Below, one piece after another: positions 1-9,754 of a stretch of DNA of 54,118 bases (its first letter is position 1; the number at the start of each line of letters is the position of its first letter). The notes under the pieces are model-generated. The model had not been told where the DNA came from and ran no database searches. It saw only the letters and a program-made list of their open reading frames with translations. The position numbers and the translations under genes are program-made. Origin of the DNA: Nemertoderma westbladi (lineage: Eukaryota; Animalia; Xenacoelomorpha); contig JAUCBJ010008477.1 of assembly GCA_032718475.1 (NCBI GenBank), forward strand, positions 1 to 54,118, read 5' to 3'.

Positions 1-3000
1 TTTGCCGTCCGCACCTAATGTGTCGACTGGCAGTAATGGTTTCAACTCTACAGTGTCAGTGTGTTCCTGTGAGCCTGTAAGCTTCCTAACCTTAGTCACC
101 ACTTTACCTGTAGGTAAGTCAAGTACCTTCTTCGAGCGGAGTGTAATCCCTGTGGCCACATCTCTGTCGTCCAAAGAAGTCAAATTTGGTAAGTCTCTAA
201 AGGTCCGCTCCAATGGGTCTTCTAATGGAGTGTCTAGTGGACAGTCTGGAGAAGCGTCTGGTGAACAGTCTGGTGAGACGTCTGGTGAGACATAGCGTGG
301 AACATCCGGCGAAATGTCCTGTCGTCGATCCCAAAGTCTGTCTAGCGTAACTTCTGTCAGAAAGTCTGGTCTAAAGTCTGGTAGACAGTCTGGTGGACAG
401 TCTGTCGAGATGTCTGGTGAACAGTCTGGTGAGACGTCCGGTAGACATTCTGTCGAGAGTTCCATCAAACAATCTGGCGAACAATCTGGAGAACAATCTG
501 GTGTCTCTTCTGGTGAATAGTCTGGCGAGTAATCTGGTAAACAATCCGGCGAAACGTCTGGTGAAATCTCCCGCGGAACATCCGGCGAAGGATTCGTACA
601 AGCGTCTGGTCGAATGTCTGGTGAGACGTCTGGCGTAATGTCAGGTCTAGCGTCCAGGTCATCAGATTTCGTCCGTCCTTTTTTCCTCTTGACCTTGGCG
701 TTGGCTTTCGCTTTAGACTTGACAACCTTGTCGAATTTTATCTCGGCACCCTCTGGTATGGTGTTGGTTGTCGCGTCGAATAACGGTGGCCATTCGTCTG
801 ATGGTCGCTGTAGGAAATCGGGTCCTCTAAACCAAAAGGATTTATTGTCCGGTTTACAAAAGTCAAGTGGTTGCATCCCCCGTGACGCGATGTCAGCTGG
901 GTTCAGCTTCCCTGGACAGTGACGCCAATCTTGTTTGAGCGACCGGTCTAGTATTTCAGCCCGTCTGTTGGCTACGAAAGTCTTGAACTCGAATGTTTCG
1001 TTGTTTATGTACCAAAGTACCAACGTCGCATCCGTCCAATATGTGACCTTCAAGTTAGCCTCCAGCTCGCGTTGAACTAGACTGACAATATCGGTGGATA
1101 TCGTCCCGGCTTGCAGCTCCCCACGAGGTACAGTCATATACTTCAATGGCATTGTTCTAGCCCTTGAAGTAACGAGAGATACATCGTAGCTGTCCGATGT
1201 CACTTGTCGTCTAAGGTATAAAGTAACCCCCAAACCATCCTTGCTAGCGTCACTAAAGCTGTGAAGCTCTAAATCGGCAGGAAAGGTGGTTTGTAAAGGA
1301 AAGTATACCCTCGGTATGGTATAGTCTTGTAGGAACGTCAGTTGGGCTTCCCAGTCCCTCCATCGCTCAGCTAACTTTTCTGGGATGGGATCGTCCCATT
1401 CCAGTCCGGCTTGCCAAATGCTGCGGAGTATGATCCTAGCATGTAGGATCACTGGACTAATGAAACACAATGGGTCATACAATCGACTCATGGTCGATAA
1501 GCAAGTTCTCTTAGTGAGAGGTCTAGTCCGATCGTTGGACCTTACACGTACCCTAAAATTGTCGGTGTTAGGGTCCCAACTAAGTCCTAATACTTTGGTC
1601 GTCGGCAGAGGTTCTAGGTCTAAGTCTAAATCACCTCCGCTACGATCCATCGGGTCAAATGAGTTCACCAGTTCGGGTTCGTTGGAAGCGAACTTCGTCA
1701 GGTGAAATCCGCCCTCAGCGAGACAATCCTGGAGTTGGTGTGCTACGGTTGTAGCGCGCTCCAAGGTGTCACAACTCTTGAGGCCGTCATCCACGTAGAA
1801 ATCTCGTTCCACGGTCCGAACTACTTCTGGGTCAAATTGGTCTCGTCTGTCCAATGCTGTCTGCTTCAAGGCGTACATGGTGCAGTTGGGGCTGTCCCTG
1901 GCTCCGAATACTCTTACCTGCATTTGGTAAGTTTCTGGCGGAAGTTGTAAGTTTCCGTCCGGATACCAAAGAAACCTCAAACTGTCCCTGTCCCGCTCCA
2001 AAGCCTTAACCTGGTGAAACATGGCCTCTACGTCACAGGTGAAAGCCACTTTGCGTTGTCTAAAACGCATTAGGACTCCCATGAGGTAATTATTCATATT
2101 CGGCCCGTCCATCAGCTCGCTATTCATAGACATCCCTTGGTAAAGCGCGGCGCAGTCGTTGACTACACGCACCTTGCCAGGTTTGTCCGGGTGTCGAACA
2201 AAATGATGTGGCAGGTAATATGTCTGGTCTGTAGTTAACTCAGGATTTAACATCCTAATGGCGTATCCCTTTTGGAGATACGTCTGAAGTTGTGCATTGT
2301 ATTGCATATGGGCCGTCTCGTCTCGCAACAATCGCTGCCTTATTGATTTGAGTCGCCTCAAAGCAAGCGGGTAATTGTTAACGAGCTTAGGTTGTCCATC
2401 GCACCACAACATACCAACCTCATAGTGGCCATTCGCGGTCTGGCGAATGGTATCTCTCATAATATTTAATGACCGTTTATCCTGTTCTGACATAGCGGTC
2501 TCGTAACTACCGGGTTCTGCTGAGTCCTGTTCCAACCATTGAATGGTCCGTTCAGTCAGCAGTCGGTCAAGCGCTGCTTGCACTGCGCCATGGTCCTCGT
2601 CCACGTCTTCGTCCGCTGCGGTGGCTAGTGTCAATGTGTCTGGTAGGCTCGCAAGCCTTCCGGTGTCACTAGTCGGCGTCGAATTGTCGTGCGGCGGTTT
2701 GACAACCTTTTGATCCGTCGGTAGGCTCGCAAGCCTTCCAAGATCAACGACCGGTGTCGAAGCCTGGTGGGTGGGGTCAATGACCTTCGGATTTTTCGGT
2801 AGGCTCGCAAGCCTTCCAAAATCCTCGTTCATCGAGTCATCCACAGCAACAACCCTCAGGTCTTCAGTAGTCAATACAACCTGGTCTACTGCAAGTAGTT
2901 GTAAGTCAGAGGTCCGTATGGTCGTGTCCAGATCGGTTACGTCAGTATTGGTGGCGTCTGCGTTAGTGACGCAAGTCTGTCGTAATGCCGTCCGTACAAT

Positions 3001-6000
3001 TGGACCACAGGAGTGTGAAGGAGAATTATCTATCGTGTTAGTCAATAAACTACACGTACTCAAAACGTCGTCCTCCTGGTCACTTACCTCTAGTGAACGT
3101 ATTGGTGCTCTAGTATACCAACCTATGGGAGTTCTACATGCGTAGGGGTTGCCCGCTGTAATAACAGATGGGCGTGTCTCCCATACCTGATGTAAGTTAA
3201 ACTGGTCTGTCCCAATTAACATCGCAATAGAACGATAATTAACAGGACATTCCGGTATTCCAAGGTGTCGGAAATACTTACGATCTTCTGGTGATTGCTC
3301 TGGCACAGGGCCGAGCAAGTTACTAAAGTCCTTCGTAGCTGCAAAGGTCAAATTTCTTACCGGAAGTAATGAGCGCTCCTCCTTGCTGTGTTCCGCTTTG
3401 GAAAGAAGAGTGTCTAAGGTTAGTTTTACTCTTGTCACAGGGATCGCTCTCTTACCATGCATGCTGCTTACAGTATACTGAGCAGTCTTACCTTGACTCA
3501 AGTCCGTAACTACGTCGGCTACTTGTTCGTCGACATAGCTATGCGATGACGCAGAGTCTAAGATGGCGTATATACGCTTGCTCCCTCGGGTTCCGGTAAT
3601 CTTTATAAGAATCACGCTAAACCCTTTCAATTGGTTCTGTGTGAGGAGCGTTATCGATGGCTGTTCCTCACCTGCATGCACGTAGAAAGTGTCGTCTTCC
3701 TCCTCGTCCTCGTCCTCGTCCGATGATCCTGACGACTGATCCATACAGTCGGTATAAAAGGTACGGATCTCGCGCGGCGCACGCTCCTTATAAAGCGCGT
3801 CGCATCTAGCCGCTTTATCTGGATGCTCTCGTTGAAAGCGTCTGGTCGGAGTATGACTGGTTGTGTGAAGCAACGCGTCATGGTTACGTCCACACAGAGA
3901 ACATGTATCATCGCTCGGGCAATCCTTCCGGACGTGTCCTGGCTTCATACATCTCCAACAGGAATCTAGAGATCGGATTTGGAGTCTCCTCTCCTCGATC
4001 CCTAACTCTTTAAAAGCGCGACATCCACGTAGTTTATGTCCGCTATGGTTTCTGCCGTTCCGCTCGCAGTATGAGCATCCCACAAAGTCCGCCGGCAACT
4101 GTTGTCGTGGCTGCGTGGTGCCGATAGGCGTCAGAACTTTAGAAGTCTCAGTAGGGGTGGCGTAAGTAACGGCTTTCGCGTTCGTCGGAAATGGTTTAGT
4201 CCGATTCGGCGCAGAAACAGTTATCCCTTCCGCCGCGATATGGTGATCGGTATAGTTCGATCGAGTCTCAATCACGGCCTCCCGTGAAATAAGTTGATAG
4301 ACATCGGTGAGTTTTAATAACCCTCCGGCCTCTTCGCACTGGTACTCGATGCGTCGCCATTCTCGTCGTAGTCGATGGTGAAGTCGACCGATTATTCGAA
4401 TGAGAACCGTCGGTGCGTTAGCGTACTCGAGTTGTCCAATGGACCGTAAAGTCCCTATAGCGTTCTTTATTTCGTCCGCGAGTCGTAAAAGGTCGATCGG
4501 TCTCGAAATGTTGCCTCCTCTGCAGAGGTCTTCAATGATGGATTTAGCCATGGCGACATTACCGCCGTAAATCGAATACAAACGGTCGTATGCCAATTCA
4601 AAGGCATCGGGAACTCCAATAAAGGTTTCCGCTAATCGTTTCGGCTCACCAGACAGAACTTGGAGCAAGTAATTAAACTTCTCCGTCGAGGTGAAAGCAC
4701 ACTTAGCGATCTGGGACTCTACGTAGTCTACCAGTGTGCGCCAGTGTTTCGCGTTGCCAGAGAACTTCGGCGGTTGCTGTGCCGGTAATCCGTGTCTATC
4801 CGCGAATTTCGCAATCTCGCTAACTAAGTCCAACTGTCTGCGTCCCTGTTCGGCGGCGTCGTCCAGTCGCTCCCTTCCGCGCGTTGTTCGTCGGTAGGAA
4901 TTATTAACGGGATCTTCTTCTCGATGTGTCGGAGTCCGTCTAGTCTCCTGTTCTCTCCTCGGTGGTCGATGTTGTCTAGGTTGTTCCAATTCCACGCTGG
5001 TTCGTGATCGATCCGACGGTTGCGCTTCGAGTCGCTCTTCTATCTGAGCTAGTCGGTCCGCTACAGGTCGCATTATTTCGGCGAGTCTGTTGGTGCTAAT
5101 CGCTTCCGCTGGTTGCAACGTGGGTTTCTGTTGGGGTGTTTCTCGAGGTGGATTGTCGATGTATGGGTTCGTCGATCGTTCCTCCTGTTTGTAATCCGCT
5201 GCCGCTGCCGCTCCAGTACGGAATATTTCCCGTTCCGTCGACTCCGAGTCACTAGATGAATCGCTGTCGTCCGGATAAGGTGGTTGGCGGGTTCGCGTCC
5301 GGCGTATTATCCTGGGTCTCGTCCGTTGTTCGGTAGGCTCGCAAGCCTTCCACGAAGTCGTAGGTCTCGCTATACGTTGTCCGATCCCGTGAGTACTACC
5401 CACATCCATCCTCCTTCGTAGTTCGGTAGGCTCGCAAGCCTTCCACGAAGTCGTAGGTTGCGTCGAACATTGTGTCAACGGTCGAGTGAAATAGTCGGGT
5501 TTCGTAGTCGGTCTGTAAATAACTGGATTTGCACAGCACGTCACAGGTTTAACTTGTAATGGTTTACTCACCTGTTTAATGGTCATAAACGCAGGTTCCT
5601 CTCTTCCTACAAGTAGACTACGACTTACTGTAGGTGGACTAGTTATGTTACCTGCTAAAATTGGCGATGAAGTCACCCTAGGTTGCGGTATTTCCGTCAC
5701 AACAAACCTGTTGCCTTGCGTCGAACGCACAGGCGTTATTTCCTTAGGTTTCGTAACGAAGACCGGTTTTATCGGAGTCGTGGGTTTGAGCATAGGAATA
5801 ACTTGGGGAAAACGTTTACAGTAATCCTCGACGAACTCCTCTCCTCGATCTATCGCTCCCACGCTTCCTTCCTCGATCCGCTTCTGTATTCCGCGATATC
5901 GAGCTTCCATACGATCCAGGGCAGACAAGTCGTGTCCAGTTCGCGATCTCATAGATCTATCTCTCGCGTCGAGTTCGAGGTCCGCTTGCGCGTTCGCTGT

Positions 6001-7206
6001 CTCGCGCGATCTACGATTTAGTTCGAACTGTAGTTGCATCTCCCTTTCGCGTCGATCTGCGTCCTGTTGTTGTGCCGCTAATTCCGCTTCCTGTATAGCT
6101 AATCGAGCGTTTATTTGCCGCGCCTCCAACTTGGCACGAACGTCGGATGCTGCTTTCTGCCGTGCTAACTCGTCGGCTGCAGCTTCTCGCGCTAAGTCCT
6201 CCTCCAGTCTGCGCATTTCTGATGCTTCGAATTCAGCTTGCGCCTTGAGTTGTGCAATTCTTGCCTCGTCTTCTCTACGTTGTTTCTCTCCTTCGATGGC
6301 GATCTGTGCCATCTGGTGTCGCGCTTCTTCCTCGGCGACTTGTTGTCGGCGTGCAACCTCCTGTTGTTGTCGAGTAATTCCAGACGCTGTTCTACTAACG
6401 TCGCCAACGTTGCCAACGTCGCTCCGTACGCTAACGAACGATCTATCCAGTGGTGGATGTTGGTAGGCTCGCGAGCCTTCCGTAGTGAGAACTTCCGTCG
6501 TCCCTCGCGGTTCGACTTCCGGTTCGTCGATCGGTACGCCGCATCTACGAAGAAAATTGGTCAGCGTTTCCAACCTTCCGTCCAGGCAGTAGAGTTCTTC
6601 TTCCTCTTCGGGTTGTAACAACGCGTCCGAAACTGACTCACCTAGCAGTTGGTCGAACTGCTCCTGTTGAGCCAAGCTTATTACCGACTTAAACTGGATA
6701 AGGCTTTCTCTCGCACTTACCAATTTATCCACTATCTTTACCTGAGTAAAGTTGTCGCCACGCAACTCTGCAAGTTCGTGCAAACCTTTAAGTTTATCTA
6801 CGGAGGCATGTACCCTACTTTCTATTCTTACCTGTAAGGTGTAGAACTCGTATCTCGACATCGGGGCGGTTAACTCGCGTAAAACGCGAAAACCTTCTCC
6901 GAGGTTCCGAGTAATCTGGGCCATGTGTCCTCCTATACTTCTAATAACGTTCTCCTGGCTTCCAGTCGAACTTACCATGTCCGGTTCCCGTGATCTAGTC
7001 TGCGGGACGGTAAGGAAATCTTCGATTCTGCCGTCGCCACGCGTTGCGGCTTCCGGTATTTCCGTTCGGGGTACCGGCGACGCAAGCGGTGTGACATCGG
7101 TGGAATCTCGGGTTCTCCTTCTCGGTTCGTCTACTGTCGATCTGTCCGGGTCGCACGAGTCATAGTCGGTAGGTGGGTATCTCGTCGAATGGGGTGTGTC
7201 ACTCAT
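1..7206 (-). CDS. gag-pol: BEL/Pao LTR retrotransposon Gag-Pol polyprotein (element A), open to the left window edge (3'-partial, integrase outside window)
   Basis: Manual translation from ATG 7206 (MSDTPHSTRYPP...). All domains are in one frame; no stop in the segments read, and no stop-terminated ORF in this frame appears in the track. Coiled-coil N-terminus; DUF1759-like PPKFSGNAKHW (~4770); zinc knuckles CWRCMKPGHVRKDC..CSLCGRNHDALLH (~3870-3960); aspartic protease IYAILDSASSHSY (~3540-3573); RT YYLPHH..KVRVVNDC..DVEAMFHQV and DFYVDDGLKS (~1775-2220); Pao RNase H ELHSFSDAS..WTDATLVL..WRHCPGKLNPADIASRG (~880-1270). Confidence 0.95.
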   Translation of the reverse strand, partial: MSDTPHSTRYPPTDYDSCDPDRSTVDEPRRRTRDSTDVTPLASPVPRTEIPEAATRGDGRIEDFLTVPQTRSREPDMVSSTGSQENVIRSIGGHMAQITRNLGEGFRVLRELTAPMSRYEFYTLQVRIESRVHASVDKLKGLHELAELRGDNFTQVKIVDKLVSARESLIQFKSVISLAQQEQFDQLLGESVSDALLQPEEEEELYCLDGRLETLTNFLRRCGVPIDEPEVEPRGTTEVLTTEGSRAYQHPPLDRSFVSVRSDVGNVGDVSRTASGITRQQQEVARRQQVAEEEARHQMAQIAIEGEKQRREDEARIAQLKAQAEFEASEMRRLEEDLAREAAADELARQKAASDVRAKLEARQINARLAIQEAELAAQQQDADRREREMQLQFELNRRSRETANAQADLELDARDRSMRSRTGHDLSALDRMEARYRGIQKRIEEGSVGAIDRGEEFVEDYCKRFPQVIPMLKPTTPIKPVFVTKPKEITPVRSTQGNRFVVTEIPQPRVTSSPILAGNITSPPTVSRSLLVGREEPAFMTIKQVSKPLQVKPVTCCANPVIYRPTTKPDYFTRPLTQCSTQPTTSWKACEPTELRRRMDVGSTHGIGQRIARPTTSWKACEPTEQRTRPRIIRRTRTRQPPYPDDSDSSSDSESTEREIFRTGAAAAADYKQEERSTNPYIDNPPRETPQQKPTLQPAEAISTNRLAEIMRPVADRLAQIEERLEAQPSDRSRTSVELEQPRQHRPPRREQETRRTPTHREEDPVNNSYRRTTRGRERLDDAAEQGRRQLDLVSEIAKFADRHGLPAQQPPKFSGNAKHWRTLVDYVESQIAKCAFTSTEKFNYLLQVLSGEPKRLAETFIGVPDAFELAYDRLYSIYGGNVAMAKSIIEDLCRGGNISRPIDLLRLADEIKNAIGTLRSIGQLEYANAPTVLIRIIGRLHHRLRREWRRIEYQCEEAGGLLKLTDVYQLISREAVIETRSNYTDHHIAAEGITVSAPNRTKPFPTNAKAVTYATPTETSKVLTPIGTTQPRQQLPADFVGCSYCERNGRNHSGHKLRGCRAFKELGIEERRLQIRSLDSCWRCMKPGHVRKDCPSDDTCSLCGRNHDALLHTTSHTPTRRFQREHPDKAARCDALYKERAPREIRTFYTDCMDQSSGSSDEDEDEEEDDTFYVHAGEEQPSITLLTQNQLKGFSVILIKITGTRGSKRIYAILDSASSHSYVDEQVADVVTDLSQGKTAQYTVSSMHGKRAIPVTRVKLTLDTLLSKAEHSKEERSLLPVRNLTFAATKDFSNLLGPVPEQSPEDRKYFRHLGIPECPVNYRSIAMLIGTDQFNLHQVWETRPSVITAGNPYACRTPIGWYTRAPIRSLEVSDQEDDVLSTCSLLTNTIDNSPSHSCGPIVRTALRQTCVTNADATNTDVTDLDTTIRTSDLQLLAVDQVVLTTEDLRVVAVDDSMNEDFGRLASLPKNPKVIDPTHQASTPVVDLGRLASLPTDQKVVKPPHDNSTPTSDTGRLASLPDTLTLATAADEDVDEDHGAVQAALDRLLTERTIQWLEQDSAEPGSYETAMSEQDKRSLNIMRDTIRQTANGHYEVGMLWCDGQPKLVNNYPLALRRLKSIRQRLLRDETAHMQYNAQLQTYLQKGYAIRMLNPELTTDQTYYLPHHFVRHPDKPGKVRVVNDCAALYQGMSMNSELMDGPNMNNYLMGVLMRFRQRKVAFTCDVEAMFHQVKALERDRDSLRFLWYPDGNLQLPPETYQMQVRVFGARDSPNCTMYALKQTALDRRDQFDPEVVRTVERDFYVDDGLKSCDTLERATTVAHQLQDCLAEGGFHLTKFASNEPELVNSFDPMDRSGGDLDLDLEPLPTTKVLGLSWDPNTDNFRVRVRSNDRTRPLTKRTCLSTMSRLYDPLCFISPVILHARIILRSIWQAGLEWDDPIPEKLAERWRDWEAQLTFLQDYTIPRVYFPLQTTFPADLELHSFSDASKDGLGVTLYLRRQVTSDSYDVSLVTSRARTMPLKYMTVPRGELQAGTISTDIVSLVQRELEANLKVTYWTDATLVLWYINNETFEFKTFVANRRAEILDRSLKQDWRHCPGKLNPADIASRGMQPLDFCKPDNKSFWFRGPDFLQRPSDEWPPLFDATTNTIPEGAEIKFDKVVKSKAKANAKVKRKKGRTKSDDLDARPDITPDVSPDIRPDACTNPSPDVPREISPDVSPDCLPDYSPDYSPEETPDCSPDCSPDCLMELSTECLPDVSPDCSPDISTDCPPDCLPDFRPDFLTEVTLDRLWDRRQDISPDVPRYVSPDVSPDCSPDASPDCPLDTPLEDPLERTFRDLPNLTSLDDRDVATGITLRSKKVLDLPTGKVVTKVRKLTGSQEHTDTVELKPLLPVDTLGADGK
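225..650 (-). repeat. Degenerate 12-bp coding minisatellite (PDxS/PDxP tetrapeptides) between RNase H and integrase
   Basis: Repeated tctggtgagacg / tctggtgaacag units on the + strand, in frame with gag-pol. Confidence 0.85.
2642..2817. repeat. Three copies of the 20-nt palindromic motif GGTAGGCTCGCAAGCCTTCC at exact 78-bp spacing (further copies at 5332, 5425 and 6462)
   Basis: Direct reading: copies start at 2642, 2720 and 2798; the intervening sequences are strongly diverged. Confidence 0.9.
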
Positions 7207-9720
7207 GTCTTATTATATACGTCAAGTACGGGTAATAAAATGTCAAAGTGTCTGAATGTTGAAGTGTCAAACTTACCTTGGTATATATAGTATCTATATA
7301 CCCTAACCGGTACAAATAAATCAACAAGTCAGAATGTCGAAATGTCAAAATGTCGAAATGTACAAATGTCAAACTTACCTTGATATATATATATATCATA
7401 TATATACCCTAACCGGTACAAATAAACTAACAAGGTATATAATAAAATAAGTAGTAATCTAGCCTACCGGCTAAATTTGTACGAATAAGTGAGATAATTA
7501 ACAAGTATAAACAATAGGCCAAACAGCAACGTCTAACGGGAAAATATGTACCAACAACACTACTAATAGACAGTGAAACCCACAAATTTTGAGTACTACT
7601 GTGCTTTCTTAAGTTTGAACGACGCGAGTCGTAAAACTTACGTTCCTTTGATCTTCCAGTCGTACAAATTCCCAAATACAAACCGGACGTGGGTCTTTCC
7701 GTTTTTCGGCGGCGCGGACGAATTTATTGTCTCCCAAACTTTGCGAAAAGCGGTCTAATCCTCGAAGCGGTCCAGAAATGAGTCCTTGAGTCCTGAAAAG
7801 GTCGAAGGTGAGAGTTTTACTTCTACGCTTACGAAAAATCTTCCTAGGTACCGATACAAATTGGTCTTTAAACCCTATGTACCTTTTCAAGTACCGAAAA
7901 GTAACACCGCACACACACGGCGTAAAACAAAGTGCTACAAACTAACTGTTAGCTAGTCAAATATTAAATACGAAAGTACTAGCTACCCTAAAAGCCTACT
8001 GAAGCAGGGGACGTTCTAAATTACTAAATTTACTAACCTTAAATTTTAAATATCTCCTACTTTCAATAGCTAACAATTCTAAACTATATTATACGCTACG
8101 ATAGAAGTACTATACACTAATTTATATAAATACTTCCTACTGTAAGGGTCCAGTAGTATACCGCTTACCAGATCCTAGTAACGATGTATCTTACTATGAG
8201 ACTCTAGTAATGTATACGGGCTTGTACAGTATCTGACAACAAATCCCAGTCCAGGATATCTAAACAAACAGATATAGTACACAAACGACTACTGGCGAGG
8301 AACAGAGCCTTGTATCTATTCTATGTACGTGAGCGGGTCTAATGCCTACGTACTAGACAGAAGGATACCTGTCCTCTAACCGGTGAGGCAGATGTACAGT
8401 TACCGTAACAGACCAAACTCACGGGAAAACAATCCCCGCGCAGCGAATCCTAACTATCACTGACAGTCCTAAATACAGTAACTTGCCGCGGTGTGATTTA
8501 TATGGTTTATATACGAGCTAGTGGGTTAACAGACCTAGCGTAACAACACTGACAGTCCTGAATCAGTCGAAAAGGGGTCGTGCCTAAATGTAACAATAAC
8601 TGATCCCCCTGTACGAAATCAGTCTAAAGGGTCAGGCCTAAATGTAACAATACCGTTGTCCAGACAAACAACAGTTTAATAACGAAAGTGAAATACTCCT
8701 TATTTTGCCGCAACTAAATCAGATCCTAATTTTACAAATACAAATAATTTCCTCCTAACGTAATGTATAGTACGCTATAGCTAGTAGAACTTTAAGGGCG
8801 ATATGTTTTAGGGCGTGTGTGTGTGGGTGTGTTACAAATAAAACAATTTCGTGTAATTCCTTTTACTAGGTTTTAGTGATTTTCTGACTAAATGATACCG
8901 TGCGCTAGCTACTAAAATAAACTAGTCGCGTTTGTAGAACTTTATACTCACGAATGACGTCAAAGCTCTCTCCTTCCTATCCACAACCCAATGGGCAACC
9001 ACAGTGTTAGTAACTACACCCGTGATCGGCACTAATACCAGATTCTGGTTGTAAGATAAGAATAGGGGTTAATCGCTACCGTACGTTAGCTGATCTGGTA
9101 TACTAATTTAATTCTAGAACTTTGTTGCTGCGGTAGTTAGCAGCAATACCTATCAGTACGTGGCAAGGCGCGGTAGGATATTAATAAACCTCCCTAGGCC
9201 AAGCAGTGTGCCGGTAGCAGAAATGCTCCTTGCCTGATCAAATAGCTAACTCCAGACAGGGGGGGGGGGGGGGGGGGTACTAATGTACGTTCTACAAAGC
9301 GAACCGGTACCGAACAGTCAGTGCTATGAATCACTAAATTATGGAACGTATGCTGTCCGTACCTAATATGTACTCGCGTACTGACGAATGGCAATAGTTC
9401 GCACCTGTAGGAAGTACAGGTTAACCCAGGGGTTCGTAGGACTGACAAGAGGGGGGGGGTTGTCTGGATATAATTATTTGATCCTAAATTTGCGGCGTCC
9501 AGTGCGGTGTCACGCTTACCCTGATCTATAGGTCTTACGGCGGGCAAGGGCGTCGAACAAAGTCTTACCTTCTCACAAAGCGGGCGCTGCATAGCAAGTG
9601 GAGTATTTCGAAGGGGCAAAGGGGGTGCGCGTTCGATCCAATGTGGGCGCTAGCGTGTTGTGGACATCCCTTCCCTGCGTTGCTTACGGCCTAACGATCT
9701 AGGCTGCCATCTCCCTGGTG

Positions 9721-9744
9721 TTCGGCTGTCCCGAAGTCGGACCA
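9721..9744 (-). promoter_or_regulatory. Primer-binding site of BEL element A (atypical, tRNA-Tyr-related)
   Basis: Minus strand reads ...CCTGACA TGTTTTCTTT TGGTCCGACTTCGGGACAGCCGAA; the usual BEL tRNA-Tyr PBS is TGGTCCTTCGAGCCGGA. Confidence 0.65.
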
Positions 9745-9754
9745 AAAGAAAACA

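Noticed and set aside
656-680. Hammerhead ribozyme core (CTGATGA and GAAA on the minus strand)
   Set aside because: The motifs are adjacent with no room for the required stems, and lie in coding sequence.
2642-2817. CRISPR-like array (palindromic repeats at a regular 78-bp period)
   Set aside because: Only three units, spacers resemble each other, the array lies inside a eukaryotic retrotransposon ORF, and there are no cas genes. Kept as a nucleotide-motif finding instead.
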